A stretch of DNA of 64,000 nt from an uncultured Pelagibacteraceae bacterium (GCA_902579985.1 CACHIV010000005.1:5596-69595); one strand, 5' to 3'; numbered from the stretch's first letter, positions 40,657-49,748 are shown. Notes: generated by a model not told the origin, from the letters alone. A program made the numbers and translations.

Positions 40657-41354
40657 CCTATAATATCTAGCTCAGAATAAATAGTATTTTCTAGTTTTTC
40701 TAAAAAAGTTTCTTTTTCAAGTCCAGGTTCGATAGTTTCTAAAATTGAAATAGTTATAGTTTTATTAATTTTTTTAGTTCCATTTTTGGGCCAAGTATTT
40801 CCAGAATTAATTGCTACTGGTTGACAAGAAATGTTTAGTTTTTCATAAATTCTACCTGAACCTTTTTTGAATGGTATTCTTTCATGAGGAAGCAATCTAG
40901 TTCCTTGTGGAAAAATTATTAAAGGTCTATCAGAGGAATGAACTTGTTTAAAAATATCATCAAAAAAATTAAGATTTTCTTTTGATACTATATTTCTCTT
41001 GATTGAAATAGAACCAATCTTTTTAAGATACCAACCAAATATTGGTATAAATAAAAGCTCCTTTTTTAAAATAAAAATAGGAAAATTAAAAATAGTTTGT
41101 AAATAAAATGTTTCAAACATTGATTGGTGAGAAGATGCTATAAAAAATTTTTTATTTTTTATTATATTTTCTTTACCTTTAATAACAATTTTAGTTGATA
41201 AAAAAAATTGTAAACAAAAAGAAGCCCAGTATCCCATAATTTTTCCTCCAAACAAAACTACTTTTTTTGGCAAAATAAGAGATGGAAGAAATATAAATGA
41301 AATAATGATAATTCCTATGAAAAAAAATACAGAGAATAAAAAATTTCTTATCAT
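40653..41354 (-). CDS. plsC: 1-acyl-sn-glycerol-3-phosphate acyltransferase
   Basis: SSHQSMFET (HX4D-like, with E), IFPQGTR and PVAINSG motifs. Confidence 0.85.
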   Translation of the reverse strand: MIRNFLFSVFFFIGIIIISFIFLPSLILPKKVVLFGGKIMGYWASFCLQFFLSTKIVIKGKENIIKNKKFFIASSHQSMFETFYLQTIFNFPIFILKKELLFIPIFGWYLKKIGSISIKRNIVSKENLNFFDDIFKQVHSSDRPLIIFPQGTRLLPHERIPFKKGSGRIYEKLNISCQPVAINSGNTWPKNGTKKINKTITISILETIEPGLEKETFLEKLENTIYSELDIIG

Positions 41355-41365
41355 TTTATCAAAAA

Positions 41366-42580
41366 CTAAATCAGATCAGTTAGTTTTTGTCTTTTTTTAA
41401 TAGCCTTAATTTTAGATCCTTTAATCAATATTTCTGCTGGCTTAGGTCTCATATTATAATTTGAACTTAAAGATATTCCATAAGCTCCAACATCACATAT
41501 TACTAATAAATCTTTTTCATCCAATTTTTGGAATTTTTTCAAAGTCGTAAATTTATCTGTACTTTCACAAATGGGACCAACAAATTCATAAATATTTTTA
41601 GATAAAATATTTTTTTTTATTACCGGTAGGATTTTATGATTTGAACCATATAAAGCTGGTCTCATAAAATCATTCATTGCAGCATCTAATATAATGAAAT
41701 GTTTTTTATTATTTTTTTTGATGTAAATAACTTTTGAAATAAGATAACCAATATTACCTACTATTGATCTACCCGGTTCAAATATAACATTAGATTTATG
41801 TTTTTTTAAAAATCTTTTAATAGCGTTATTATATTTTGAGTAATTAAATTTTTTATTATTTTTTTCATAAGATATTCCCATTCCCCCACCAAGGTCTATA
41901 AATTCAAAATTATGATTACTTTTTCTAATAGTTTTATCTAACACTTTAAGCATTTTTTCATAAGGTTTATGGTCTAAAATTTGGCTTCCTAGATGAACAC
42001 TTAAGCACTTTAAATTTATATTTTTTGATAACGATGCATAATTTACAATATTAAGAAAAGTTTTTTCATCCACACCAAACTTATCTTCTTTTTTGCCTGT
42101 CGAAATCTGTTTTAATGTTTTTGCATCTATATTAGGGTTTAATCTAATACCTACATTTACAATTTTTTTTTTAGATTTTGCGATTTTTTCAATTTCAATA
42201 ATTTCACTTTTTGACTCTGCATTTATTAATAAAATTTTTTTATCTATAGCATTCTTTATTTCTTCTGATGTCTTACCAACACCAGAAAAAACAATTTTTT
42301 TTGGATCTATACCTGCTTTAAGGGAAATCATTAATTCACCTATTGAAACAACATCTGCTCCAAATCCAAATTTCTTAATTTCTTTTATAAGATTTAAATT
42401 ATTATTTGATTTAATAGAAAAGCAGACTAAGGGTGAAAATGAATTAAAACTTTTTTTAAAATTATTTATATTTTCCTTTAGTTTTTTATAGGAATAACAA
42501 TAAGTAGGAGTGCTAAACTTTTTTACAATATTTTTTACTTTGACTTTTTCAATTAAGAGATTTCTATTAAAATATTTCAT
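41366..42580 (-). CDS. lysA: Diaminopimelate decarboxylase
   Basis: FSIKSN, GADVVSIGE, FSGVGK, HLGSQ, DLGGG, EPGRS and GPICESTD motifs. Confidence 0.97.
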   Translation of the reverse strand: MKYFNRNLLIEKVKVKNIVKKFSTPTYCYSYKKLKENINNFKKSFNSFSPLVCFSIKSNNNLNLIKEIKKFGFGADVVSIGELMISLKAGIDPKKIVFSGVGKTSEEIKNAIDKKILLINAESKSEIIEIEKIAKSKKKIVNVGIRLNPNIDAKTLKQISTGKKEDKFGVDEKTFLNIVNYASLSKNINLKCLSVHLGSQILDHKPYEKMLKVLDKTIRKSNHNFEFIDLGGGMGISYEKNNKKFNYSKYNNAIKRFLKKHKSNVIFEPGRSIVGNIGYLISKVIYIKKNNKKHFIILDAAMNDFMRPALYGSNHKILPVIKKNILSKNIYEFVGPICESTDKFTTLKKFQKLDEKDLLVICDVGAYGISLSSNYNMRPKPAEILIKGSKIKAIKKRQKLTDLI

Positions 42581-42696
42581 TAAACCTTAAATATAAGGAT
42601 GTTATTTTTTATTGCTTTGTATTCAGGGTCTCCTTTTTTTCCACAAGAAAACATCAATGTACATAAAATGGAAATAAAGATTATTTTTTTAATCAT
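42580..42696 (-). CDS. 38-aa lipoprotein, LptM/YifL/LppL-like
   Basis: Manual translation MIKKIIFISILCTLMFSCGKKGDPEYKAIKNNILIFKV. Lipobox plus CGKKGDP resembles CGxKGPL. ATGA overlap with the argH stop and TAATG overlap with the lysA start. Confidence 0.85.
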   Translation of the reverse strand: MIKKIIFISILCTLMFSCGKKGDPEYKAIKNNILIFKV

Positions 42697-44087
42697 TTTA
42701 TACTTTTTTTATATTTCATTATCATTTTTTTAATATTATCAAAAGATGTTCCACCATAAGATTTTTTAGAGTTTACTGAGTTTTTTACATCAAATACCTT
42801 TAATGCCTCAATTGTAAGTTTGGGTTCGATCTTCTTTAGTTCCTCAATACTTAGTTCACTTAATTTTTTATTTTTCTTCTCTGCAAAATTTACAATTGAA
42901 GCAGTAATGTTGTATGCCTTTCTAAATGACATAGAATGATTTCTAACAATATAATCAGCCAAGTCAGTTGCAGTAATATATCCATTATTAGCAAGATCTA
43001 ACATTTTATTTTTATTAGGTTTTAAGTTTTTAAAAATTTCGTTGAGTATTGAAATACTATTTTTAAGTATCTCATTGGATCTAAATAATATTTCTTTATC
43101 ATCTTGTAGGTCTTTAAAATAAGATATTGGTAGTCCTTTAAGTATTGTAAGCATTGAAAAAAAATTTCCATAAATTGATCCAGTTTTTCCTCTTAAGTAT
43201 TCCAACAAATCAGGATTTTTTTTTTGAGGCATTATGGATGAGCCTGTCACAACTTTATCTGAAAGAGTAATTAGATTAAAACTATCAGAGTTCCATATAA
43301 TCAATTCTTCAGCAATTCTAGAAATATGCATAGAACAAGTAGATGTACTATATAAAAAATCTAAAACAAAATCTCTATCTGCAACAGTGTCTATAGAATT
43401 ATTAGTTGGTTTTTTAAATCCTAATTTCTTAGATGTAAAATGTCTATCAATATTAAATGAGGTACCTGTTAATGCTGCAACACCGAGAGGACATTCAGAT
43501 AAATTTTCTAAATTATTAGAAAATCTTTTTTTATCTCTAGTAAACATTTCTACATAGGCCATCAAATAATGTGCAAATGATACTGCTTGAGCATTTTTTA
43601 AGTGAGTAAAGCCTGGCATTACTGTTTTAATATTTTTTTCAGAAATCCTAAGGATTGTTTTAATAATATCATCTAATCTTTGATTAATCTCTTTAGTTGC
43701 AGACGTAATCCACATTTTAAAATCAGTGATCACTTGGTCATTTCTTGATCTAGCTGTATGAATATATCCTGCCTCCTCTCCTATTATTTGAAATAATCTT
43801 TTTTCAATATTCATATGAATATCCTCGTATTCATTTTTAAATTCAAATTTATTTTTTAAAATTTCGTTCTCAATTTTTTTAAGTCCATAAATTATTTTAT
43901 TCTTAATTTGGAAAGATATAATTTTTTGTTTAAATAACATTTCAACATGGGCAACTGATCCGGAAATATCTTCTTTAAAAAGTTTTTTATCAATATTTAT
44001 TGAATTACCAACTTTTTTAAATAATGCGGATGAGTCTTTTTTTATTCTTGACCCCCATATTGTCGTATTGTTTTTATTTTTTACCAT
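42693..44087 (-). CDS. argH: Argininosuccinate lyase
   Basis: IWGSR, EDIHMNIE, HTARSRNDQV, MPGFTHL and GSSIMPQKKNPD motifs. Confidence 0.98.
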   Translation of the reverse strand: MVKNKNNTTIWGSRIKKDSSALFKKVGNSINIDKKLFKEDISGSVAHVEMLFKQKIISFQIKNKIIYGLKKIENEILKNKFEFKNEYEDIHMNIEKRLFQIIGEEAGYIHTARSRNDQVITDFKMWITSATKEINQRLDDIIKTILRISEKNIKTVMPGFTHLKNAQAVSFAHYLMAYVEMFTRDKKRFSNNLENLSECPLGVAALTGTSFNIDRHFTSKKLGFKKPTNNSIDTVADRDFVLDFLYSTSTCSMHISRIAEELIIWNSDSFNLITLSDKVVTGSSIMPQKKNPDLLEYLRGKTGSIYGNFFSMLTILKGLPISYFKDLQDDKEILFRSNEILKNSISILNEIFKNLKPNKNKMLDLANNGYITATDLADYIVRNHSMSFRKAYNITASIVNFAEKKNKKLSELSIEELKKIEPKLTIEALKVFDVKNSVNSKKSYGGTSFDNIKKMIMKYKKSIK

Positions 44088-44111
44088 GATAATTAATTAT
44101 ACATATTTAGT

Positions 44112-44627
44112 ATGAAAATATTAATAATATTTGTTTATTTATTAACTACTAGCTTTAGTTATGCTTTAGAAAAACCTGACATAAAAAATTTAGTTTTATT
44201 AAAAGAACCGAAGAACTATAAAGGGGTAATCTTTAAAGATGAAAATCAAAAAAACCTTGATTTAAGTGATTATAAAGGGAAATTAATAATTTTCAATTTT
44301 TGGGCTACTTGGTGTACTCCTTGTAGGGAAGAAATTCCTTCATTAGATATGTTACAATCTGATAAAAGACTGGATAATTTGAAAATATTTCCAATAAATA
44401 TAGGACAAGAAGATTTATCTAAATCAAAGGCTTTCTTTAAAAAATATAATATTCAAAATTTAAATATTTACTTTGACTCAACAATTATTTTGGCAAAAAA
44501 GTTTAGGTTAAGAGGAGTACCTACATCGATAATATTTAATAAAAAAGGAGAAGAATTCGCTAGAGTTGTAGGATTAATTGATTTTAATGATGAAGAATTT
44601 ATTAAATGGCTCAAAAATTTTAATTAA
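44112..44627 (+). CDS. TlpA/ResA-like thiol:disulfide oxidoreductase
   Basis: Signal peptide; FNFWATWCTPCREEIP and GVPTS motifs. Confidence 0.9.
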   Translation: MKILIIFVYLLTTSFSYALEKPDIKNLVLLKEPKNYKGVIFKDENQKNLDLSDYKGKLIIFNFWATWCTPCREEIPSLDMLQSDKRLDNLKIFPINIGQEDLSKSKAFFKKYNIQNLNIYFDSTIILAKKFRLRGVPTSIIFNKKGEEFARVVGLIDFNDEEFIKWLKNFN

Positions 44628-44649
44628 ATTTATAGATGATTAAATATAA

Positions 44650-45309
44650 ATGACATTTTCTTTAAAAACAATTATAACGGAACCTAAAACAGGTATACAA
44701 ATAAACAACGCAGTTGTCTTGCTGCATGGCTATGGTGGTGATGGCCAAGACATAAGTATGTTAACATTAAGTTGGAAAAGATTTTTACCGAATACAGTTT
44801 TTTTATCTCCAAACGGACATGAAAAATGCGAGATTAATCCCTCAGGATTTCAATGGTTTGATTTAACAAATGATGACTCTAAATATATTTTAGACCAATC
44901 AAAAAAAGCTGAGTTGAAACTTAAAAAATTTATTGATGAAGTAAAAATTGAATATAACTTAAAAAATTCTCAAATTTGTTTGGTTGGTTTTAGTCAAGGC
45001 TGTATGATGGCTATCAATCTAGGTTTAATAGATGATGAAAAATTTAATTGTATAGTTGGTTTCTCTGGTAAGATAATTAATGAAAAAGATTTAAAAAAAA
45101 GAAAAAAATCATCTACTAAAATACTTCTTATTCACGGAGAAATAGACGAAGTTGTATCGCCAACTTTTTTATTAGAAGCAAAAGATTTTTTTATCAGAAA
45201 TAATGTAGAAGTTGAAACAAAAATTATAAAAAAATGTGGACATCAAATACCAGTTGAAGCATCAAGCTATGCACTAAATTATATAAAAAATAATTTAAAT
45301 TTTAAATAA
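44650..45309 (+). CDS. Phospholipase/carboxylesterase (alpha/beta hydrolase)
   Basis: LLHGYGGDG, GFSQG, HGEIDEVV and GHQI motifs. Confidence 0.9.
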   Translation: MTFSLKTIITEPKTGIQINNAVVLLHGYGGDGQDISMLTLSWKRFLPNTVFLSPNGHEKCEINPSGFQWFDLTNDDSKYILDQSKKAELKLKKFIDEVKIEYNLKNSQICLVGFSQGCMMAINLGLIDDEKFNCIVGFSGKIINEKDLKKRKKSSTKILLIHGEIDEVVSPTFLLEAKDFFIRNNVEVETKIIKKCGHQIPVEASSYALNYIKNNLNFK

Positions 45310-45374
45310 ATTTTTAATAAAATGATAATTTATGCATATTGCTAAAATAATTTTTTTAAGTTAAGATTTTAATT

Positions 45375-45941
45375 ATGAATTTTGCTGAACAGAATATATC
45401 ATTAGAAAAATGTCCTGCTTTAGTTTTAAATGCTGATTACAGGCCATTGAGCTATTACCCTTTGTCTTTATGGAGCTGGCAAGACTCTGTAAAATCAGTT
45501 TTTTTAGATAGAGTAAGTATTGTAAGTAATTATGATAGAACAATAAGAAGTCCATCATTTAAAATGAAATTACCTAGTGTTATTGCTTTAAAGCATTTTA
45601 TTAAACCTCAATCTAATCCAAGTTTCACAAGATTTAATGTTTTTTTAAGAGACAAATTTATGTGCCAATATTGTGGGAGTGGTGATGAGCTAACTTTTGA
45701 CCATTTATTACCAAGGTCTAAAGGTGGTCAAACTAACTGGGATAATGTTGTAACTGCTTGTTCGGCTTGTAATGTAAAAAAAGGAGGAAGACTATTAAAA
45801 AATGCAGGTATGGCGCTTACCCAAGAACCTTTTAGACCTTCTACTGAAGATTTACATAAAAATGGTAAAAATTTTCCACCAAATTTTCTTCATAAAAGTT
45901 GGATGGACTATCTATATTGGGATGTAGAGCTAGAAACTTAA
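45375..45941 (+). CDS. HNH endonuclease family protein
   Basis: PALVLNADYRPLS, CQYCG and DHLLPRSKGGQTNWDNVVTACSACNVKKG motifs. Confidence 0.9.
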   Translation: MNFAEQNISLEKCPALVLNADYRPLSYYPLSLWSWQDSVKSVFLDRVSIVSNYDRTIRSPSFKMKLPSVIALKHFIKPQSNPSFTRFNVFLRDKFMCQYCGSGDELTFDHLLPRSKGGQTNWDNVVTACSACNVKKGGRLLKNAGMALTQEPFRPSTEDLHKNGKNFPPNFLHKSWMDYLYWDVELET

Positions 45942-46475
45942 TTATACTTTTTCAGATATGTTGATAGCAATTTTAGAACCCGTCTTAATAATTTTATCAA
46001 AAATCGAGTAAACACCATTTTTAGAGGCACCTTCTTCATAGGCAATATCTCGGTGGTGAAGTTCATCTTCTCTAAACTTTATAATTTTATCTCTAAGCTT
46101 TTTTTCATCAGATTCAAGACACCTAATTTGATTTGCATAATGCTCGTCAATAACTTCTTCAACTGAAGCTGTACATAACATAGCTGCTTTTTTTCCTAGA
46201 ATTGTAGATCCAAAACCTAAAGTTACTCCAAGTAAATCCCATAATGGTAAAAATTTAGTAGGTTTTATATTTCTTTTTTTAATTTGTTCTTCAAAATAAT
46301 CACAGTGTTCTTTCTCATGAATTTTCATTTCTTCAATTTTTTTTTTTAAATTATCATTTTTAATAATTGTATTTAGAGCCAATAATTGGCCTTCATAAAT
46401 TTTGATTGCACCTCTTTCTCCAGCATGATCAACTCTAATGAACTCTTCTATTTTTTTTTTATTTGTTTTTTTCAT
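45942..46475 (-). CDS. coq7: Demethoxyubiquinone hydroxylase (Coq7 di-iron family)
   Basis: IRVDHAGERGAIKIYEGQ, EKEH, VEEVIDEHY and DELHH motifs. Confidence 0.93.
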   Translation of the reverse strand: MKKTNKKKIEEFIRVDHAGERGAIKIYEGQLLALNTIIKNDNLKKKIEEMKIHEKEHCDYFEEQIKKRNIKPTKFLPLWDLLGVTLGFGSTILGKKAAMLCTASVEEVIDEHYANQIRCLESDEKKLRDKIIKFREDELHHRDIAYEEGASKNGVYSIFDKIIKTGSKIAINISEKV

Positions 46476-46941
46476 TTTTTATTACTTTTATTATTAATAT
46501 AATTATTATAAATGATAACAAAAAGTTTATTGTCGCAAGAGATAACCCAAAAATTTTAAACTCAACATTTTTACAGCTTTTTACATTTAAATTTAATGAT
46601 TTTAGTAATTCATCCTTGTCGATAATATTTATTGAATTTGTTGTACATCCTGAAAATTCTTTAAATATTTCTTGTTCAATTCCTAAATGATATCCTGAAA
46701 TTAAAAAACTTGAGAAAAATACTAATAACAAGGCGTATAGCCAAACTAAATTCTTTGAATAACTTATTCCTAAGAAAGTTAAAAAAATTGCAATTAAATA
46801 AGGTATTCTTTGATAAATACATAATTTGCATGGCTGAAAACCTAAAAAAAATTCAATATATAGAGCTATAGATAATGATAATAAAGAAACAATAAAAATA
46901 AATGTATATAATTTCTTTATCTTAAAAATTTTTATCATCAA
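46459..46941 (-). CDS. dsbB: Disulfide bond formation protein B family
   Basis: QPCKLCIYQRIPY, YHLGIE, a second Cys pair and FGLSLA; TM segments. Confidence 0.88.
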   Translation of the reverse strand: MMIKIFKIKKLYTFIFIVSLLSLSIALYIEFFLGFQPCKLCIYQRIPYLIAIFLTFLGISYSKNLVWLYALLLVFFSSFLISGYHLGIEQEIFKEFSGCTTNSINIIDKDELLKSLNLNVKSCKNVEFKIFGLSLATINFLLSFIIIILIIKVIKNEKNK

Positions 46942-46942
46942 T

Positions 46943-47548
46943 TTATGTTATAAAATTATTTAAAAATTTATAAATTAAATATACAAAAATTATAAGGGTT
47001 ATAGAAAAAATTAAGGAAACTTTTAATAATTTCTTTTCAATTAACAATTTCATAGTTTGACCAAAATTTCCTATTAAAAATGAAATTAAAAAAAATCTTG
47101 AACCTCTAGTTAATAAAGAAATAACAATAAAGTACAAAAAATTAAAATGAACAAATCCACTTGTAATTGTTAGTAGTTTAAAAGGTATGGGAGAAAACCC
47201 TGCTATTGCTAGTAACGTCATCCACGCAATTACTCCACCATCAGAAGAAACTTTATTTTTCCAAAATAATGGATCTACACCATAAAATTCAAATATTTTA
47301 ACGCCTATCTCATTAAAAAAAACATAACCAATAAAATAACCAAAACATGCACCTAAAACTGAACCTAAGGTAGCAATTAAAGCAATTTTAAACCATTCGT
47401 TTCTTTTTGCTATAGTCATAGGAATTATTATTACATCAGGTGGTATAGGAAATATAAAACTTTCTATAAATGAAAAAAAACCTAAAAAAGATTTAGAATT
47501 TTTATGGCCAGCCAATTTAATAGATTTTAAATAAAGTTCTTTGAACAT
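46943..47548 (-). CDS. YqaA/DedA family membrane protein
   Basis: SFIESFIFPIPPD, GSVLGA and GFSPIPFKLLTITSG motifs. Confidence 0.9.
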   Translation of the reverse strand: MFKELYLKSIKLAGHKNSKSFLGFFSFIESFIFPIPPDVIIIPMTIAKRNEWFKIALIATLGSVLGACFGYFIGYVFFNEIGVKIFEFYGVDPLFWKNKVSSDGGVIAWMTLLAIAGFSPIPFKLLTITSGFVHFNFLYFIVISLLTRGSRFFLISFLIGNFGQTMKLLIEKKLLKVSLIFSITLIIFVYLIYKFLNNFIT

Positions 47549-47616
47549 ATTTTCTTTTAATACAATAATTCTTCTTATACTATTATTTTATAAAGAAAAT
47601 AATGACAACTAAATTA

Positions 47617-47701
47617 GGGCGAATGGCGGAACTGGTAGACGCGCACGACTCAAAATCGTGTTTTGCAAGAAGTGAGAGTTCGATTCTCTCTTCGCCCACC
47701 A
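47617..47701 (+). tRNA. tRNA-Leu (CAA)
   Basis: GGGCGAA/TTCGCCC acceptor stem, CACGA-CTCAAAA-TCGTG anticodon arm, long variable arm, GAGAG-TTCGATT-CTCTC T arm, encoded ACCA; 85 nt. Confidence 0.97.
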
Positions 47702-47707
47702 ATTATT

Positions 47708-49411
47708 ATGCAAGTAGATAAAATTAATAATTTATTAGAATTGTTTTATGAACAATACAAAAAACAAAATTCAGAAAATTTTTTTTTAGAATCTTTAAAA
47801 GATCCTAGAAAAAAATATACATGGAGAGAAGTTTATAAAAATACTATTAAATTATCTGAAGAAATATCTAAATATATTGAGAAAGGAGACAGATGTTTAT
47901 TGATCTCTGAAAATAGACCAGAATGGATGATATCAGACCTTTCGATTATGTTGTCAAAAGGAATAACCGTTCCAGCTTACACAACATATACTGAAAGAGA
48001 TTATGAGTATATTATTAACGATTGTACTCCAACAATTATTATAGTCTCAGATAAAGTTCAGTATGACAAGATAAAAGAAATAATTCCTAAAAAAGACTTT
48101 ATAAAAAAAATTATCTCCTTTGAAAATTTAAATGACAACGAGGACAAATCTATTTTAAAAATAGATGACATTTTTATAAAACAAAATTATTCAGAGGAGT
48201 TATTTGATAAATTAGAAATAAAAAGAAAAGATGTTGCATGTATTATTTATACCTCCGGTACTGAAGGAAATCCAAAAGGAGTAATGTTAAGTCACGGAGG
48301 AATACTTAATAATTGTGAAGGCGCTCAAAATTTATTAAAAACATTTATATCGGAAAGACCTAAATTTTTAACATGGTTACCACTTTCACATTCGTACGAG
48401 CACACAGTTCAATTTGTCCAAATAATTGTAGCCGCCAGAGTTTATTATGCAGAGAGTATAGATAAATTGATTAAGAATATGAACGATTGTTCCCCTGAAA
48501 TTATGACAGCTGTACCACGATTTTATCAAAATTTATATCAAAAAATTAATTCAACATTTAGTAAGGCAATAGGATTAAAAAAAATATTATTAAATCAAAC
48601 AGTTAATTTAGGAAAAAAAAAATTAAATAAAAACAATTTTTCTTTTTTGGAAAATATTATCAATATAATTTGTGATAAATTAGTAAGAAAAAAAATCAAA
48701 CAACAATTTGGTGGATCATTAAAGGCATTTGTCTCAGGTGGAGGTGCTTTAGATAAAGAAGTAGGTTCTTTCTTAAATGCAATTGGTTTACCTACCCTTC
48801 AAGGATATGGGTTAACAGAAACTTCTCCAGTAGTAAGTTGTAATTTTATAGAGAATATTAGAGTAGAAACAGTTGGTAAACCTTTTGAAGGTAATCTTGT
48901 AAAAATTGCTGATGACGGAGAAATATTAGTTAAAGGTGAAAATGTCATGCTAGGATATTGGAAAAATCAAGAAGAAACAAATAAAGTTTTAAAAGATGGC
49001 TGGCTTTATACTGGTGATATAGGAGAATTTGATGAAGGTTATTTGAAGATAACAGACAGAAAAAAAGATATTATAATAACACCTGGAGGAGATAATATTT
49101 CACCAATTAAAATTGAAAATGATTTAAATAAAATAAATTTTGTTGAACAAAGTTTAGTTTATGGTGATAATAAACAATACTTAATTTGTTTAATAGTATT
49201 AAGTTCAGAATATAAAAATTCTTCTAAAGACGAAATTCAAAAAGAAATAGAAAAAATAAATAAAAATTTATCTAAGATAGAAAAAATAAAAAAATTTATC
49301 GTAATTAAAGATCAATTTACAATTGAAAATGGTTTGATGACACCAACTTTAAAATTAAAAAGGTATAAAATAATAAATAAATATAAATTAGAAATTGAAA
49401 AACTTTATTAA
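47708..49411 (+). CDS. Long-chain-fatty-acid--CoA ligase (AMP-dependent)
   Basis: IIYTSGTEGNPKGVMLSH, QGYGLTETSP, GWLYTGDIG and ITDRKKD motifs. ATG at 47708; the track's start overlaps the tRNA. Confidence 0.93.
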   Translation: MQVDKINNLLELFYEQYKKQNSENFFLESLKDPRKKYTWREVYKNTIKLSEEISKYIEKGDRCLLISENRPEWMISDLSIMLSKGITVPAYTTYTERDYEYIINDCTPTIIIVSDKVQYDKIKEIIPKKDFIKKIISFENLNDNEDKSILKIDDIFIKQNYSEELFDKLEIKRKDVACIIYTSGTEGNPKGVMLSHGGILNNCEGAQNLLKTFISERPKFLTWLPLSHSYEHTVQFVQIIVAARVYYAESIDKLIKNMNDCSPEIMTAVPRFYQNLYQKINSTFSKAIGLKKILLNQTVNLGKKKLNKNNFSFLENIINIICDKLVRKKIKQQFGGSLKAFVSGGGALDKEVGSFLNAIGLPTLQGYGLTETSPVVSCNFIENIRVETVGKPFEGNLVKIADDGEILVKGENVMLGYWKNQEETNKVLKDGWLYTGDIGEFDEGYLKITDRKKDIIITPGGDNISPIKIENDLNKINFVEQSLVYGDNKQYLICLIVLSSEYKNSSKDEIQKEIEKINKNLSKIEKIKKFIVIKDQFTIENGLMTPTLKLKRYKIINKYKLEIEKLY

Positions 49412-49531
49412 CTTTAATTATTAAAAATAGATTATTATGCCCGTAAACTCTAACTTTTTTTACTTATAAAAAAAAATTTACTAATTTTTTTTTTAAAAGA
49501 AAAACAAAAAAAAAGTTGTTTAATTAAATAT

Positions 49532-49560
49532 TTGACATCACCTACATAAAAAAATAAAAA
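49532..49560 (+). promoter_or_regulatory. Putative sigma70 promoter of the basic mini-gene
   Basis: TTGACA(49532-37)-N17-TAAAAA; the -10 lacks the -7 T, which is common in alphaproteobacterial promoters. Confidence 0.6.
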
Positions 49561-49569
49561 TAAGTTAAT

Positions 49570-49590
49570 AACGAATCATTTTGATTCGTT
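49570..49590. repeat. Inverted repeat carrying two GANTC sites
   Basis: aacgaatca-ttt-tgattcgtt (perfect 9-bp arms), extendable by aagtta/taactt across a 2-nt bulge. Confidence 0.85.
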
Positions 49591-49612
49591 TAACTTAAAC
49601 AGGGAGCTAAAG

Positions 49613-49681
49613 ATGGCTAAAAGAAGAAAAAAAGCTAAAAAGAAAGCTAAGAAAAAAGCTAAAAAAAGAAGAAGAAGATAA
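49613..49681 (+). CDS. Unannotated 22-aa ultra-basic protamine/histone-H1-like peptide MAKRRKKAKKKAKKKAKKRRRR
   Basis: SD AGGGAG at 49601-06, ATG at 49613, TAA at 49679-81; has its own promoter and a polar terminator. Confidence 0.8.
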   Translation: MAKRRKKAKKKAKKKAKKRRRR

Positions 49682-49700
49682 TTTTTTAACATTCTTCATT

Positions 49701-49743
49701 AAAAACGCTTCTCATAACTTTAGTGTGAGAGGCGTTTTTTTTT
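49701..49743 (+). terminator. Intrinsic terminator ending the mini-gene transcript (may also serve the convergent carD)
   Basis: aaaaacgcttctcata-actttag-tgtgagaggcgttttt: 16-bp stem with two G.U pairs, T9 tail at 49735-43. Confidence 0.85.
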
Positions 49744-49748
49744 AATTT

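Noticed and set aside
45375-45941. HNH endonuclease as a mobile/homing element or defence system
   Set aside because: No intron, repeats, methylase or integrase nearby; it resembles the widespread chromosomal alphaproteobacterial HNH family and matches neighbours in composition.
47617-47701. tRNA-Leu and tRNA-Arg as genomic-island attachment sites
   Set aside because: No integrase, no duplicated tRNA 3' end seen, and flanking genes are core metabolic genes.
47663-47707. Track's N-terminal extension of the acyl-CoA ligase
   Set aside because: Lies inside tRNA-Leu; the ATG at 47708 is the plausible start.
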